A DNA stretch of 64,000 nt from an uncultured delta proteobacterium. Its GTDB lineage: Bacteria > Myxococcota_A > Polyangia > Polyangiales > Polyangiaceae. Position 1 is the stretch's first letter, and each line of letters starts with the position of its first letter. Under the pieces are notes generated by a model. That model saw only the letters and a list, made by a program, of their open reading frames with translations, was not told the origin of the DNA and did not search any database. The stretch lies in assembly GCA_963841435.1 (NCBI GenBank), contig CAWJCS010000005.1:1312001-1376000 (forward strand), written 5' to 3'. Of this stretch, positions 49,983 to 61,454 are shown in pieces. The position numbers and the translations under genes are program-made.

Positions 49983-51011
49983 CTACTTGAACGCGATGGC
50001 GGCGCTCGTCGGGCCGGCGAGCGGCAGGATGCTCACGTCCTTGAAACCAGCCTGCTTGGCCCAGCGGGCGAAGTCCGACCCCGTGTAGTCGAAGCCGCCG
50101 GGCGTTTCGATCAGCATGTTGAGCGACATCAGAAGGCCGAAGGCGTTCTGGCGTCGATCGTCGTCGATGATGTTTTCGATCGCGATGAGGGCGCCGCCGC
50201 TCGGCAGCGCCGCGTACGCCGCCTTCAGGAGCGAAAGCTTCTGCTCGGAATCCCAGTCGTGCAGGACGTTGCCCATCGTGATCACGTCGGCCTTTGGCAG
50301 CGGGTCGCGGAAAAAGTCACCGCTCGCCACCTTGATGCGCTCTCCGAATCCGGCCGCCGAGACGTTGCGCTTGGCGATCGGTGCGACCGCAGGCAAGTCG
50401 AACGTCGTGAGAGCGAGCTCGGGATACTTCGACGCGAGAACGACACTGAGCGCTGCACCCGCACCGCCGGCGTCGCAAACGCTCTTTCGTTTGGAAAAGT
50501 CGAACTTCTCGGCGAGAGCCATGAAGGCGCCCATCTGCACGCCGCTCATGGCGCGGAGGAAGCCTTCGAGCCGCTGCTCATCGGCGTAGAGCGCCGCGAA
50601 GAGGTCCTCGCCGCGTTTGGCCTCGTTCTGGGGCTCGCCCGTACGGAGCGCTTCGGTGAGGGTACCCCAGAAGCCATACAGGCGGTGGTTCGCCATTTCG
50701 AGGATGCCCCCGACGTACGAACGCTTGTTGCGATCGAGGAACAGGTCTGCATCGGGGGCGTTCTGATACGTCCCGGAGAAACTCGGCCCCGAGCGCTCGA
50801 GCATGCCGATGGCGACGAGCGCGTCGAGAAAATCGGCCGCCGAGCGCGCGTGGAGCCCGAGCTCCTTCTGGATGACGGGGCCCGTCTTCGGCTCCTTGGC
50901 AAGCAACGTGAAAAGGCCGAGCTCGACCGCCGACAAGAACGTCTTGGTCGCGAAAAAGCCCGTGCCGAGTTGGAGAATGCGGCCTGGATCGAGGTGCGTG
51001 TGCGTGGACAT
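49983..51011 (-). CDS. SAM-dependent O-methyltransferase with dimerisation domain
   Basis: SAVELGLF, CDAGGAG, FDLP, GDFF, GNVLHDW, MSLNMLIET. Confidence 0.92.
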   Translation of the reverse strand: MSTHTHLDPGRILQLGTGFFATKTFLSAVELGLFTLLAKEPKTGPVIQKELGLHARSAADFLDALVAIGMLERSGPSFSGTYQNAPDADLFLDRNKRSYVGGILEMANHRLYGFWGTLTEALRTGEPQNEAKRGEDLFAALYADEQRLEGFLRAMSGVQMGAFMALAEKFDFSKRKSVCDAGGAGAALSVVLASKYPELALTTFDLPAVAPIAKRNVSAAGFGERIKVASGDFFRDPLPKADVITMGNVLHDWDSEQKLSLLKAAYAALPSGGALIAIENIIDDDRRQNAFGLLMSLNMLIETPGGFDYTGSDFARWAKQAGFKDVSILPLAGPTSAAIAFK

Positions 51012-51188
51012 CGGTGAAGCTCCTTGGAGTGCGACCAAAAGTGCGCGCCCCGAAGAGAGGTGTACCGAGTTGCGGACGGCGAGAACGCTAAGAGATGGGC
51101 AACCAAGTTGCTAAATGAATGCTAAGAGCGGCGCCGCGACGCCGGACTCCACCAGCGCCGAGACGAGCGGGCGTCTATTTCTGCGCCT

Positions 51189-52524
51189 TCACGGAAAAGC
51201 AGCCGTGGCCGTCACGATCTCGAATGGCCGATCCACTTGAAGCGCCAGCCGCCCGCGCCCGGCAGGGACGATCTGCACGCCCGGAAAGCGCTCGGCGAGG
51301 CGCCGACGCAACAGAATGATTCGCGTATCCAGGTTATCGCGTACCGGCGGGAGCTTGAGCGACGTGTCGAGGCGCAGCTCCTTCTTCGTGAACTCGTGGC
51401 GACCGGTCGCCCCCTGGATCGTCAGCAACCGAAAGAGGATGCGGCCGGGAAGCGACTTGATCACGTATTCGTCGTCGAAGAAGACGCTGTCGTCGGCCGG
51501 ATAGTAACGCACTCGAAGAGGTGGTCCCCCCGCGCGGGCGGCCCTCGCCGTGGGAGTCATCGTGTCGGCTTCGTCCGTCGCGTCGCGCATCGCAAGCGCC
51601 AGGAGACCGGCAACGACCGAAAGCACGTGTGCGTCATCCTCTCCGAAGCGCCCGCACTCCTCGTCCTCGACGTAGAGAACGAGCGCGAGCCTGTCGTCGA
51701 GCGACGCGGGCACCGCTGCCTGGCTGCCCGCGTTCGGGAGCCCCGGCAGCGGGATCAGCTTGTCGGATGCCTGCACGCCGGCCATCGCACGGAACAGGTC
51801 AATCTCGCGCGGCACGTTGTTCACTCTGAGCGCGCGACGGCGTTCGCCCGCGACGCCGATGATGCCCTGCCCGAGCACGACGCTGGCGCCCACTCCGCCG
51901 GGATACCCGTGACACGCGAGCATCGTGAGCTCCTGCCCCTCGTCCGACGGGACGAGCAGCATGCAATGCCGGTAACCGAAGTAGCGCTCGAGGCTCCCGA
52001 GCAGCTCCGTGATGCGCGCGTCGAGATCGGCAATCGCGAGCACCTCGGAGCTCAGGCGCGAAAGGGCCTCGAGCTTCGTCGGCAACGCCAACGTGGGCTC
52101 GGCCGGCTCAGCCATCGAGATCGGAGCGAACGACCTCGCCGGAGTGGACGGCGTAGACATCCGCCGAGTGAAGCCGAAAAACTCCCTGCATGCTCATGAG
52201 CGACGCGATTGCGTCAACCTCGGCGCGCAGTTGCTCGAACAGCTCACCGCTCGTCTCGCTGCGCACGAATCGTACGGCGAGCCGCAATTGCCGTCCATTC
52301 TTCGGTCCGAACAGCGTGATCTGCGCTCTTGGATTCTCGCGGATGTTGGCGACCGTCTTGGTGAAGAACTGGTTCGAGAGCGCCACGTGTCGGTCATCGA
52401 CGCGCACGACCTTGGAAAGGTACGTCACGTTGGGCGTCCCATCGGCGGAGACGGTCGCGATCACGGCAGGCATGATGCCCTCGAAGCAATCGCGATAGGC
52501 CGAGAGGTCGATTGGCGCTGCCAT
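51189..52524 (-). CDS. PNPOx-like + GAF + putative winged-helix regulator; appears as two ORFs, probably one gene with an extra base near 52129
   Basis: CFEGIMPAVIAT, DGTPNV, NQFFTKT; GAF GQGIIGVA; C-terminal DDSVFFDDEYVIK, FTKKELRLD, DNLDTRIILLRRRL, GRGR. Confidence 0.8.
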
Positions 52525-52526
52525 GG

Positions 52527-52991
52527 TCAAAGGGGTGCACCCGCGCCGGGACCGGGCGTCTGATTGAAGACATGCTCGGGCCGCATCCGCACCCAGCGCG
52601 CGCCACCGTGACCATGGAAGAAGCCGCGCAGCTGCGCTGCCTGGAACCCGACGCGCGCGAGGGTCGCCCCGAACGCTCCGAAGTACGTGTTCGCGGCCGC
52701 TCGGGCGTCGTTCGACGCTTCCTCGATCGCCACGAGCGGCCCCTTGAGCTGCAGGCCGCGAAACGTCAGTGGGTCGGTCAAATTCACGGCGAAGGTGCCG
52801 GCGCGTGCCGCGGCCTCGCGAAACGCCACGGACTGCTCGTCGAGCACGATGAGGGAGAGCACGCCCGCCTCGGCGTCCAACACCGCACCGAAGCCGCGCA
52901 CGGACTCGGGCACGAGGCCCGGCCCGGCGGCGGCCAGCTGAACGGCAACGACGCCCTCGAGCAGGTCACGAAGCGGAGCAATGTCCGTCAT
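52527..52991 (-). CDS. Pyridoxamine 5'-phosphate oxidase-like split-barrel protein
   Basis: FAVNLTDPLTFRGLQLKG and VFNQTPGPGAG; ATG 52991; abuts the next gene. Confidence 0.75.
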   Translation of the reverse strand: MTDIAPLRDLLEGVVAVQLAAAGPGLVPESVRGFGAVLDAEAGVLSLIVLDEQSVAFREAAARAGTFAVNLTDPLTFRGLQLKGPLVAIEEASNDARAAANTYFGAFGATLARVGFQAAQLRGFFHGHGGARWVRMRPEHVFNQTPGPGAGAPL

Positions 52992-53204
52992 CGTCGTCTG
53001 CCAACCCTGCCCGAGCACCGGGCGCAGCACAAGGTGGCCCGCCTTCCCAGCGAGCACCAAGCTCGCTTCGACCATTTGCTCGGCGCTCACGTCACTTCCG
53101 CGCGTCGTGTTGCGAGAGGCTACACCCCGGCCGCACGGTGGCTTCTGACGCTTGCCTCGGGCCCGACGGTTCTGGGCGTTTCTCGTCGAAGAATTCGCGA
53201 AGTA

Positions 53205-53480
53205 CATTAGCTCGATCGTGAGCGCCTCTCGCTCCTGGTAGAGCTCGGGGAACGAGAACTTCGCCTTCGACGCCTCGAGCGTCACGAGCGACTGCGCGAG
53301 CGCACCGGTGCGAAGCTCGGCGCGTGCTTTCTCGAGCAGGCGCACCTCTTCTTCGAGCTCGCTTTGGCGCACGCGTGCCGGAGCATCCCAAACGGGGAAC
53401 GCGGCGACCGAGCTTTCCGGGCGCGAGGGAGCGGGCGCCCTCTGCTCGGCGGGGCTCCTAGCGCCGCGAATCTTGGGATC
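53205..53480 (-). pseudogene. Internal remnant of a myxobacterial anti-sigma-like/TPR protein
   Basis: SSVAAFP...ELEEEVRLLEKARAELRTG...FPELYQEREALTIEL with no N-terminal domains or normal C-terminus. Confidence 0.5.
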
Positions 53481-53582
53481 CTTGGCGCCTTGCCGCCGGG
53501 CCCGGCACGGTCGGTGGCCCGGTCCGCCAGGCGCACGAAATGCAATCTTCGAGAAAACCGGTTAAGTTGCGCGCCGCACCCC

Positions 53583-55718
53583 ATGCCCGCCGCCGAACCT
53601 TACAAAAACCACGAGCTTCCGCTCGAAGCGCGCGTCGACGACCTCATTGCACGTCTGACCTTGGCGGAGAAGATCGACTGTCTTTCGACCAACCCGAGCG
53701 TGCCGCGGCTCGGCATCGTTGCGAGCGGGCATGTCGAGGGACTGCACGGGCTCGCGCAGGGCACGCCGGGCGCTTGGGGTGGCGACAGTCCGATTCCAAC
53801 GACGACGTTCCCCCAAGCGATCGGGCTTGGCGAAACATGGGACCCGAAGCTCGTTCGAAAGGCGGCGGCGCTCGAAGGCAAGGAGGCGCGCTGGATCTTC
53901 CACCAGCACGGGGGCAAGCGTGGTGGCCTGGTGATTCGCGCACCGAACGCCGACCTCGGGCGTGACCCGCGCTGGGGGCGCACGGAGGAGTGCTTCGGTG
54001 AGGATGCGTTCTATTGCGGCGTGATGACGCAGGCGGTCGTGCGCGGGCTGCAGGGCGACCACCCGACGTACTGGCAGAGCGCGTCGCTCATGAAGCATTT
54101 TCTCGCGAACAGCAACGAGGTCGGGCGCGAGCGCGGAAACTCCGGCTTCGATGAGCGGATGTTCCGCGAATACTATTCGGTGCCCTTCCGGAAGGGGATC
54201 GAGGCGGGATCACGCGCGTTCATGGCGGCGTACAACAAGTACAACGGCGTGCCTTGCTGCCTGCACCCCGTGCTCGAGGAAGTGACGCGCGCGGAGTGGG
54301 GGCACGATGGGATCATTTGTACCGACGGCGGCGCGTTCCGGCTGCTCGTCGAGGAGCATCGCTACTTTCCGACGCTCATCGACGCGGCGGGGCCCGTCCT
54401 CGGCGCAGGCATCACCCAGTTTCTCGACGAGTATCGCGAGGCCGTCGAGGGAGCGCTCGAGGAGGGCTCGCTCACCGAGGCGGAGATCGACCGGGCAATC
54501 CGACCGAACTTTCGCGTGATGATCCGACTGGGGTTGCTCGATCCGCCGGAGCGCGTGCCCTACACGCGCATCGACGCGACGCCGCCGTGGGAGACTGACG
54601 AGGCACGTGCGCTCGCACGTGAGGTGACCGAGGCGTCCATCGTGCTCCTGAAGAACGAGGGCGCGCTCTTGCCGCTTGCGGCGGACGGGCTCCGGTCGGT
54701 GGCGGTGATCGGGCCGCGCGCCGACGAGGTGCTCTTCGACTGGTACAGCGGGTCGCCTCCGTATGCGGTGTCGCCGCTCGAGGGGATCCGCGCGCGGCTC
54801 GGCCCGGGCGTCGAGGTGCGTCACGCGCGCGAGGGCGCGGAGGCGATCGCCGCAGCGAAGGCGTCGGACGTTGCGATCGTGTGCGTGGGGAATCATCCGA
54901 CGGGCGAAGGGCCGTTCGGCAAATCCGCTCATCCGAGCTACGGTAAGGAATCGGTGGACCGGCTCGATCTCGCGCTGCCGGACGAGCCGTTCCTCGCCGA
55001 GGTGCTCGCGGCGAATCCGAAGACGGTCGTCGTTCTCCTGGCGAGCTTTCCGTATTCGATCGTCGAGACCACGGAGCGGGCGCCGGCCATCGTGAAGATG
55101 ACGCACAACAGTCAGGAGCTCGGAACCGCGCTTGCCGGCGTGCTTTTCGGCGACCTGAACCCGGGGGGGCGCCTCGTGCAAACGTGGCACCGGTCGGTGA
55201 GCGAGCTGCCGCCCATGCTCGACTACGACCTGCGGCTCGGAAGAACGTACATGTTCTTCGAGGGCGAGCCGCTGTTCGCCTTCGGGTTCGGGCTTTCGTA
55301 CACGACGTTCGGATACGAGGCGTTTCGCATTGAGCGCGCATCGGGCGGCGACGCTCGCGAGTCCCGCGGCGCGGCGGCAGGCGGTGGAGCGACGGCGGGG
55401 CCCGGCGACGTGATCGAAGCGAGCGTTCGGGTGACGAACACCGGGAAGCGCGCGGGTGATGACGTCGTGCAGCTTTACGCGCGCTACGCGCGGTCGCACG
55501 TGACGCGGGCAAAGAAGCAGCTCGTCGCCTTCGAGCGCCTGCGGCTCGCGCCGGGAGAGACGACGCTCGTTTCGTTGTCGTTCCCGGTGTCGGAGCTTGC
55601 TTTCTGGGACGTGACGCGGCGGGCGTTCGTCGTCGAGGCGGGGAAGGTGGAGCTCGAGCTCGGGAGGTCGGCGGCCGAGGTCGTCGCTGGCGCGAGCCTC
55701 GAGATCGCGGCGGCGTAG
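53583..55718 (+). CDS. Glycoside hydrolase family 3 (beta-glucosidase/xylosidase) with Fn3-like domain
   Basis: EGLHG, TTFPQAIG, RDPRWGRTEE, MKHF, FMAAYN, ICTDG, SIVLLKN, FGFGLSYT, DVVQLY; no signal peptide seen. Confidence 0.93.
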   Translation: MPAAEPYKNHELPLEARVDDLIARLTLAEKIDCLSTNPSVPRLGIVASGHVEGLHGLAQGTPGAWGGDSPIPTTTFPQAIGLGETWDPKLVRKAAALEGKEARWIFHQHGGKRGGLVIRAPNADLGRDPRWGRTEECFGEDAFYCGVMTQAVVRGLQGDHPTYWQSASLMKHFLANSNEVGRERGNSGFDERMFREYYSVPFRKGIEAGSRAFMAAYNKYNGVPCCLHPVLEEVTRAEWGHDGIICTDGGAFRLLVEEHRYFPTLIDAAGPVLGAGITQFLDEYREAVEGALEEGSLTEAEIDRAIRPNFRVMIRLGLLDPPERVPYTRIDATPPWETDEARALAREVTEASIVLLKNEGALLPLAADGLRSVAVIGPRADEVLFDWYSGSPPYAVSPLEGIRARLGPGVEVRHAREGAEAIAAAKASDVAIVCVGNHPTGEGPFGKSAHPSYGKESVDRLDLALPDEPFLAEVLAANPKTVVVLLASFPYSIVETTERAPAIVKMTHNSQELGTALAGVLFGDLNPGGRLVQTWHRSVSELPPMLDYDLRLGRTYMFFEGEPLFAFGFGLSYTTFGYEAFRIERASGGDARESRGAAAGGGATAGPGDVIEASVRVTNTGKRAGDDVVQLYARYARSHVTRAKKQLVAFERLRLAPGETTLVSLSFPVSELAFWDVTRRAFVVEAGKVELELGRSAAEVVAGASLEIAAA

Positions 55719-55722
55719 CCGC

Positions 55723-57321
<1,599 letters not shown>

Positions 57322-57469
57322 TGGGGAGAGACGACCATAGCGCCCCAGGGCCCGCGACGCACCCGGATGCCGCACAAACACAGCCAGACTGTACCGGCCC
57401 GCGGGATACTGCAGCGGTTACACGAGGCGCGTGCAGACGCGTCGGGTGTGAGGTACCCCCAGTCGGACC

Positions 57470-58156
57470 ATGCAAGGCAAGCGAACCGTGGTCCGGGGCG
57501 CGGAGTTTTCGCTCGCGGCAGCGCGCGCCATTGCAGAGCTCTTGCGCGTCGAGGCATCGCCGGGAGGGATGGCGTCACTCGCGCTCGCGGGAGGAACGAC
57601 ACCGCGCGCCGTCTACGAAACGCTCGCGGGGCAAGACAGTATTCCCTGGGAGCGCATCGAAATCTTCTTCGGTGACGAGCGGTGCGTGCCACCCGACGAC
57701 CCCGAGAGCAACTTCCGGATGGCGAAGGAGGCGCTACTCGACCGCGTGGGTGTCCTCCCCGGGAACGTGCACCGGCCGCGCGCCGAGAGCGCCGATCGCG
57801 ACGCGGCGGCACGCGACTACGAAAAGGAGCTCCCCGCGTCACTCGATGTCTTGGTGTTGGGGATTGGGGAAGATGGGCACACGGCGTCCCTTTTTCCGAG
57901 CTCGGCCGCGCTCGCCGAAGGCACGCGGCGCTACGTGGCCGTCATGGGGCCGAAGCCGCCGCCGGAGCGCCTCACGTTGACCCCCATCGCCATCGCAGCG
58001 GCGCGCGACGTGGTGATGCTAGCCAAGGGACGCGGCAAGGCGGAGGCGGTGAAGCGCGCGCTCGAGGGCGACTTCGATCCACGAGAAACGCCGGCATCGC
58101 TCGTGCGCCACGCGTTCTGGATCCTCGACGAGGAAGCGGCGAGCCTGCTTTCGTGA
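57470..58156 (+). CDS. pgl: 6-phosphogluconolactonase
   Basis: LAGGTTP, FFGDERCVP..DPESN, LGIGEDGHTASLFP, PKPPPERLTLT. Confidence 0.95.
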   Translation: MQGKRTVVRGAEFSLAAARAIAELLRVEASPGGMASLALAGGTTPRAVYETLAGQDSIPWERIEIFFGDERCVPPDDPESNFRMAKEALLDRVGVLPGNVHRPRAESADRDAAARDYEKELPASLDVLVLGIGEDGHTASLFPSSAALAEGTRRYVAVMGPKPPPERLTLTPIAIAAARDVVMLAKGRGKAEAVKRALEGDFDPRETPASLVRHAFWILDEEAASLLS

Positions 58157-58173
58157 CGGTGGCAAGAGCCCGT

Positions 58174-58947
58174 TCAGCTCCCCGTGCTCTGGTAGTGCGA
58201 AAGCGCGCGCTCCCACGCCACGAAAGCGAGCGCGGCGCTCGCGACGGCCGCGACGGGAGGGGCGACGAGCGCCGGCGCCATCGGTAGATCGCCGCGCAGC
58301 CACGACACGGGCACGAAAATCGCTGCGCCGAACGGGAAGACGAACAAGATGAGGCCGCCGAGCCAGCGCGGGTAGATCGACGCCGGGTAGCGCGCGGCGT
58401 TGAGCAGGTGATGCACGGCCATCATGTGCATCGTCCACGGACCCGTGACGCGGATCGTGAGCGAGCCGACGAGCACGAGCGCGGCCGTGTAGATGACGGC
58501 GCCGGAGAGCACCCAGAGCGGCAGACAAACGAGCGTCCAGGCCGGTGCGCCGAGGCCCGAGAAGCCGATCGCGAAGGTGACCACCCCCGTCGTGAAGTTG
58601 CCGAGCGAATGCAGCTCGGGCCGTGAGAAGAGCACGAAGAAAAGGCTCCGCACGGGATACACCAAGAGGCGATCGAGCTGACCGTCGAGGACGTACCAGG
58701 GCAGCCACCAGATACCGTTGAAGGCCATCTCCGAAAGGCCGAGCACCATCGCGGTGAGCCCGAACAACGAGAGCACGGACGCGCTCGTCCAGCCGCCAAG
58801 CGAAGGGACGTGGCTCGTCACCACCCAGAAGAAGGTGAACGCCGCGAGCTGCATCGAGACGGCGGTGACGATGCCGACCAGGAAATCGACGCGATATTCG
58901 GCGCGAGATTTTAGCGCCATGCGAAAAAGCGTGAGGTAAAAGCGCAT
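58174..58947 (-). CDS. ABC-2 type permease (DUF990 family)
   Basis: EYRVDF, LGGW, GQLDRLLVYP, YPASIY, YQSTGS. Confidence 0.9.
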   Translation of the reverse strand: MRFYLTLFRMALKSRAEYRVDFLVGIVTAVSMQLAAFTFFWVVTSHVPSLGGWTSASVLSLFGLTAMVLGLSEMAFNGIWWLPWYVLDGQLDRLLVYPVRSLFFVLFSRPELHSLGNFTTGVVTFAIGFSGLGAPAWTLVCLPLWVLSGAVIYTAALVLVGSLTIRVTGPWTMHMMAVHHLLNAARYPASIYPRWLGGLILFVFPFGAAIFVPVSWLRGDLPMAPALVAPPVAAVASAALAFVAWERALSHYQSTGS

Positions 58948-58985
58948 GATCGAAAGTCCTTCGGAGCCCGCAGGTGCCGGTTCCG

Positions 58986-59813
58986 CTAACCTCCTTGCAC
59001 CTGGTGGCGGCGCATGACGGCGCCGAAGATCAGCGAGGAAAAAGCCAGCAACCCGGCGCCCCACGCCGCCTGCTCCGCGAGCAGAACGGGCGCCGCGGCA
59101 CTCGGTGCCATGCCGAGCCAGAGCACGACCGGCGTCTCGATGACGTGCCGAAACGGCAGGTAGCGCGCCGCCGCGCGCAGACCCGCGGGAAACATCACGA
59201 GCGGCGCCGCGAGGCCCGAGAACACCTGATGCAAAGCCGCACGCGCGAACAAGACGCCGTAGCCCGACTGCAGCACGAACGAAGCCTGCACGATGAGATA
59301 GCTGATGCCGAACGTCACGAGGAACGCGAGCCCGGCGCTCACGAGGCCGAGCAGCATGGAAAGGGGGCTCGCGGGCAGGAGCGCCGAGCCGAGCAAGACG
59401 TAGCCCACGACGAAAATCGGCACGACGAACGCCAGGTTCACGAGCGCGTCGCCCACGGCCTGCGCCATCTGCATGCTCATGAAACCGAGGGGGCGAACGA
59501 GATCCGAGGTCACGAGCCCCAGGCGCACACGCTGCAAGAACCTGAGCTCGATGAACAGCGTGAGCACGGCGTTGAGCAGGAACGCCGAGACGAGGTAGGC
59601 CATCATGGGCGCTTCTTCGATCGGCCCTGGATGCGGGTTTTGCCGATAGACCTCGCGCCACACGAGCAAAAACACGCAATAGGCGAAGCCGCTCGCCACG
59701 AGCGACACGAGCGTCGAAAGCCGGTAGGTGAGCTTGGCCTGCGCCGTGCAGAGCGAAAGCGCGCGGAACCCGCGCACGGCTTGCAAGAGAGTCGGCGTGG
59801 GGAGCGTGCTCAC
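58986..59813 (-). CDS. ABC-2 type permease (DUF990 family)
   Basis: LTYR, GLVTSDLVRP, FSGLAAPLVMFP, LPF, QVQGG end; GTG overlaps the ATPase stop. Confidence 0.9.
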   Translation of the reverse strand: MSTLPTPTLLQAVRGFRALSLCTAQAKLTYRLSTLVSLVASGFAYCVFLLVWREVYRQNPHPGPIEEAPMMAYLVSAFLLNAVLTLFIELRFLQRVRLGLVTSDLVRPLGFMSMQMAQAVGDALVNLAFVVPIFVVGYVLLGSALLPASPLSMLLGLVSAGLAFLVTFGISYLIVQASFVLQSGYGVLFARAALHQVFSGLAAPLVMFPAGLRAAARYLPFRHVIETPVVLWLGMAPSAAAPVLLAEQAAWGAGLLAFSSLIFGAVMRRHQVQGG

Positions 59814-60856
59814 GAAGCCACCGCCTTCAGCGTGGGCGCGTCGAGCCCCTTGCCGCCGCTTCGGTAGAGGCGCGTGACGATGGCGTCGAGCTCGACGCTC
59901 TGCAACGTGAGATCGCGCACCGGCAGGCGGCGCAGCACCTCCGCCGTGACGCGCGGCGTGCTGGCGGCGCGCGGGCATTCGACGCGCAGCCGCGAGTGTC
60001 CTTCCCAGTGCATTTGCACCGCTTCCGCGGCAAGCTCGTGTTCGAGCGCGCGTTTCGCTTCGTCGCTCACCTCGCCCTCGAGCTCGACCACGAGCGTGCG
60101 CTCGTCGGCGAAGCGCGCGTGGAAGCCCTCGCGGCTGCCGTCGTAGAGCAGCGCTCCCTTGTCGAGCACGAGCAGCCGCTCGCAAGTGGCCGAAATGTCC
60201 TTCAAATCGTGCGTCGTCAGCAAGATGGTCGTGCCGAAGCGCCGCCGCATCTCGACGAGGTGCTCACGCACGCGCTCCTTGACGAGCACGTCGAGGCCGA
60301 TCGTCGGCTCGTCGAGGAAAGCAACGGCCGGCGCGTGGAGCAAGCTCGCCGCGAGGTCGCAGCGCATGCGCTGGCCGAGCGAGAGCAGCCGCACGGGTGT
60401 GTCCAAGAACTCGCCGAGCTCGAGACGCTCGACGGCCTCGCCGTAGGTGAAGCGATAGACGTCGTCCGGAATCGCGTACATCGCCTTCAGGAGCTCGAAG
60501 CTGTGCCGCGCGGGGATGTCCCAGAGGATCTGCGGCTTCTGCCCGAAGACGACGCCGATGCTCTGCGAAAGAACGCGACGCGATTGGTGCGGCACGAGAC
60601 CGAGCGTTTCGAGACGCCCGCCGCTCGGCACGAGGATGCCCGTCAGCATCTTCACGGTCGTCAACTTGCCCGCACCGTTTTCGCCGATGAGCCCCACACT
60701 CTCGCCACGCCGGATCGTGAAGGAGAGATCGTGGACGGCGCGGACGTGCTCGCTCTCCACGGAGAAATAGCCGCGCAGCCCCGCCCAGAAACCGTTCACG
60801 CGCTTTCGGCGCTGGTAGGTCTTTTCGAGTCCCTCGGTGACGATTGCGATGTCCAT
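59810..60856 (-). CDS. ABC transporter ATP-binding protein
   Basis: Walker A GENGAGKLT (variant), VVFGQ, LSLGQRMR, FLDEPTIGLD, TTHD. Confidence 0.93.
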   Translation of the reverse strand: MDIAIVTEGLEKTYQRRKRVNGFWAGLRGYFSVESEHVRAVHDLSFTIRRGESVGLIGENGAGKLTTVKMLTGILVPSGGRLETLGLVPHQSRRVLSQSIGVVFGQKPQILWDIPARHSFELLKAMYAIPDDVYRFTYGEAVERLELGEFLDTPVRLLSLGQRMRCDLAASLLHAPAVAFLDEPTIGLDVLVKERVREHLVEMRRRFGTTILLTTHDLKDISATCERLLVLDKGALLYDGSREGFHARFADERTLVVELEGEVSDEAKRALEHELAAEAVQMHWEGHSRLRVECPRAASTPRVTAEVLRRLPVRDLTLQSVELDAIVTRLYRSGGKGLDAPTLKAVAS

Positions 60857-61238
60857 GGTCGATTCCAAAGCCAGAAATGAGAAAAGCCGCCGTGGCGTGG
60901 GCCAGGGCGGCTTTTCGACGGTTGCGTCGCGGTGCCCTAGCCGGAGCCCCCCTCGTGGATGAACGCCGCCCACGCTCGGAGAGCGCGCGGGGTGTGGCGG
61001 CGGTTCGTGATGCTCTGCTTCATGGCCGGTCGGAGGATGGCGCGCCGTGTTTTCGGCGTCAAGACAGGCCCGCGCGGCGCCACCTCCGGGCTGAACGGGC
61101 GGGGGGCTAAAGTGGCCATCGCGCCGGCCGTTGGGTAGGGCGATGACTGTCCTCCGACGCCCAGCGTCTACCGAGGACCCGGCTGGCAGCTCCAGCGAGC
61201 AGCCGCGGGTCAACCGATGGCCAGGCGATGAAGGGACA

Positions 61239-61454
61239 CTGCCGACTCGATGCCCTCACATGGGCGGGTGCGAGATGTTCCCCTTGTTCTCGCTCGCGGG
61301 TGCCCTCTCGGTCTGGAAGACGAACTACTGTTCTGCCGACTACACGCGCTGCGAGCGGTATCAGCGTTCTCGCGAAGGTCAACCCGTGCCGACCAACTTG
61401 ATGCCAAACGGAGCGCTGCTCAGGAAGTGGACCCCACCGGCGAGCAAGCCGTGA
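61239..61454 (+). CDS. Small Cys-rich protein; start CTG 61239 or ATG 61260
   Basis: CPHMGGC...YC...CERY...VPTNLMPNG; stop overlaps the yeeE start. Confidence 0.6.
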   Translation: MPTRCPHMGGCEMFPLFSLAGALSVWKTNYCSADYTRCERYQRSREGQPVPTNLMPNGALLRKWTPPASKP

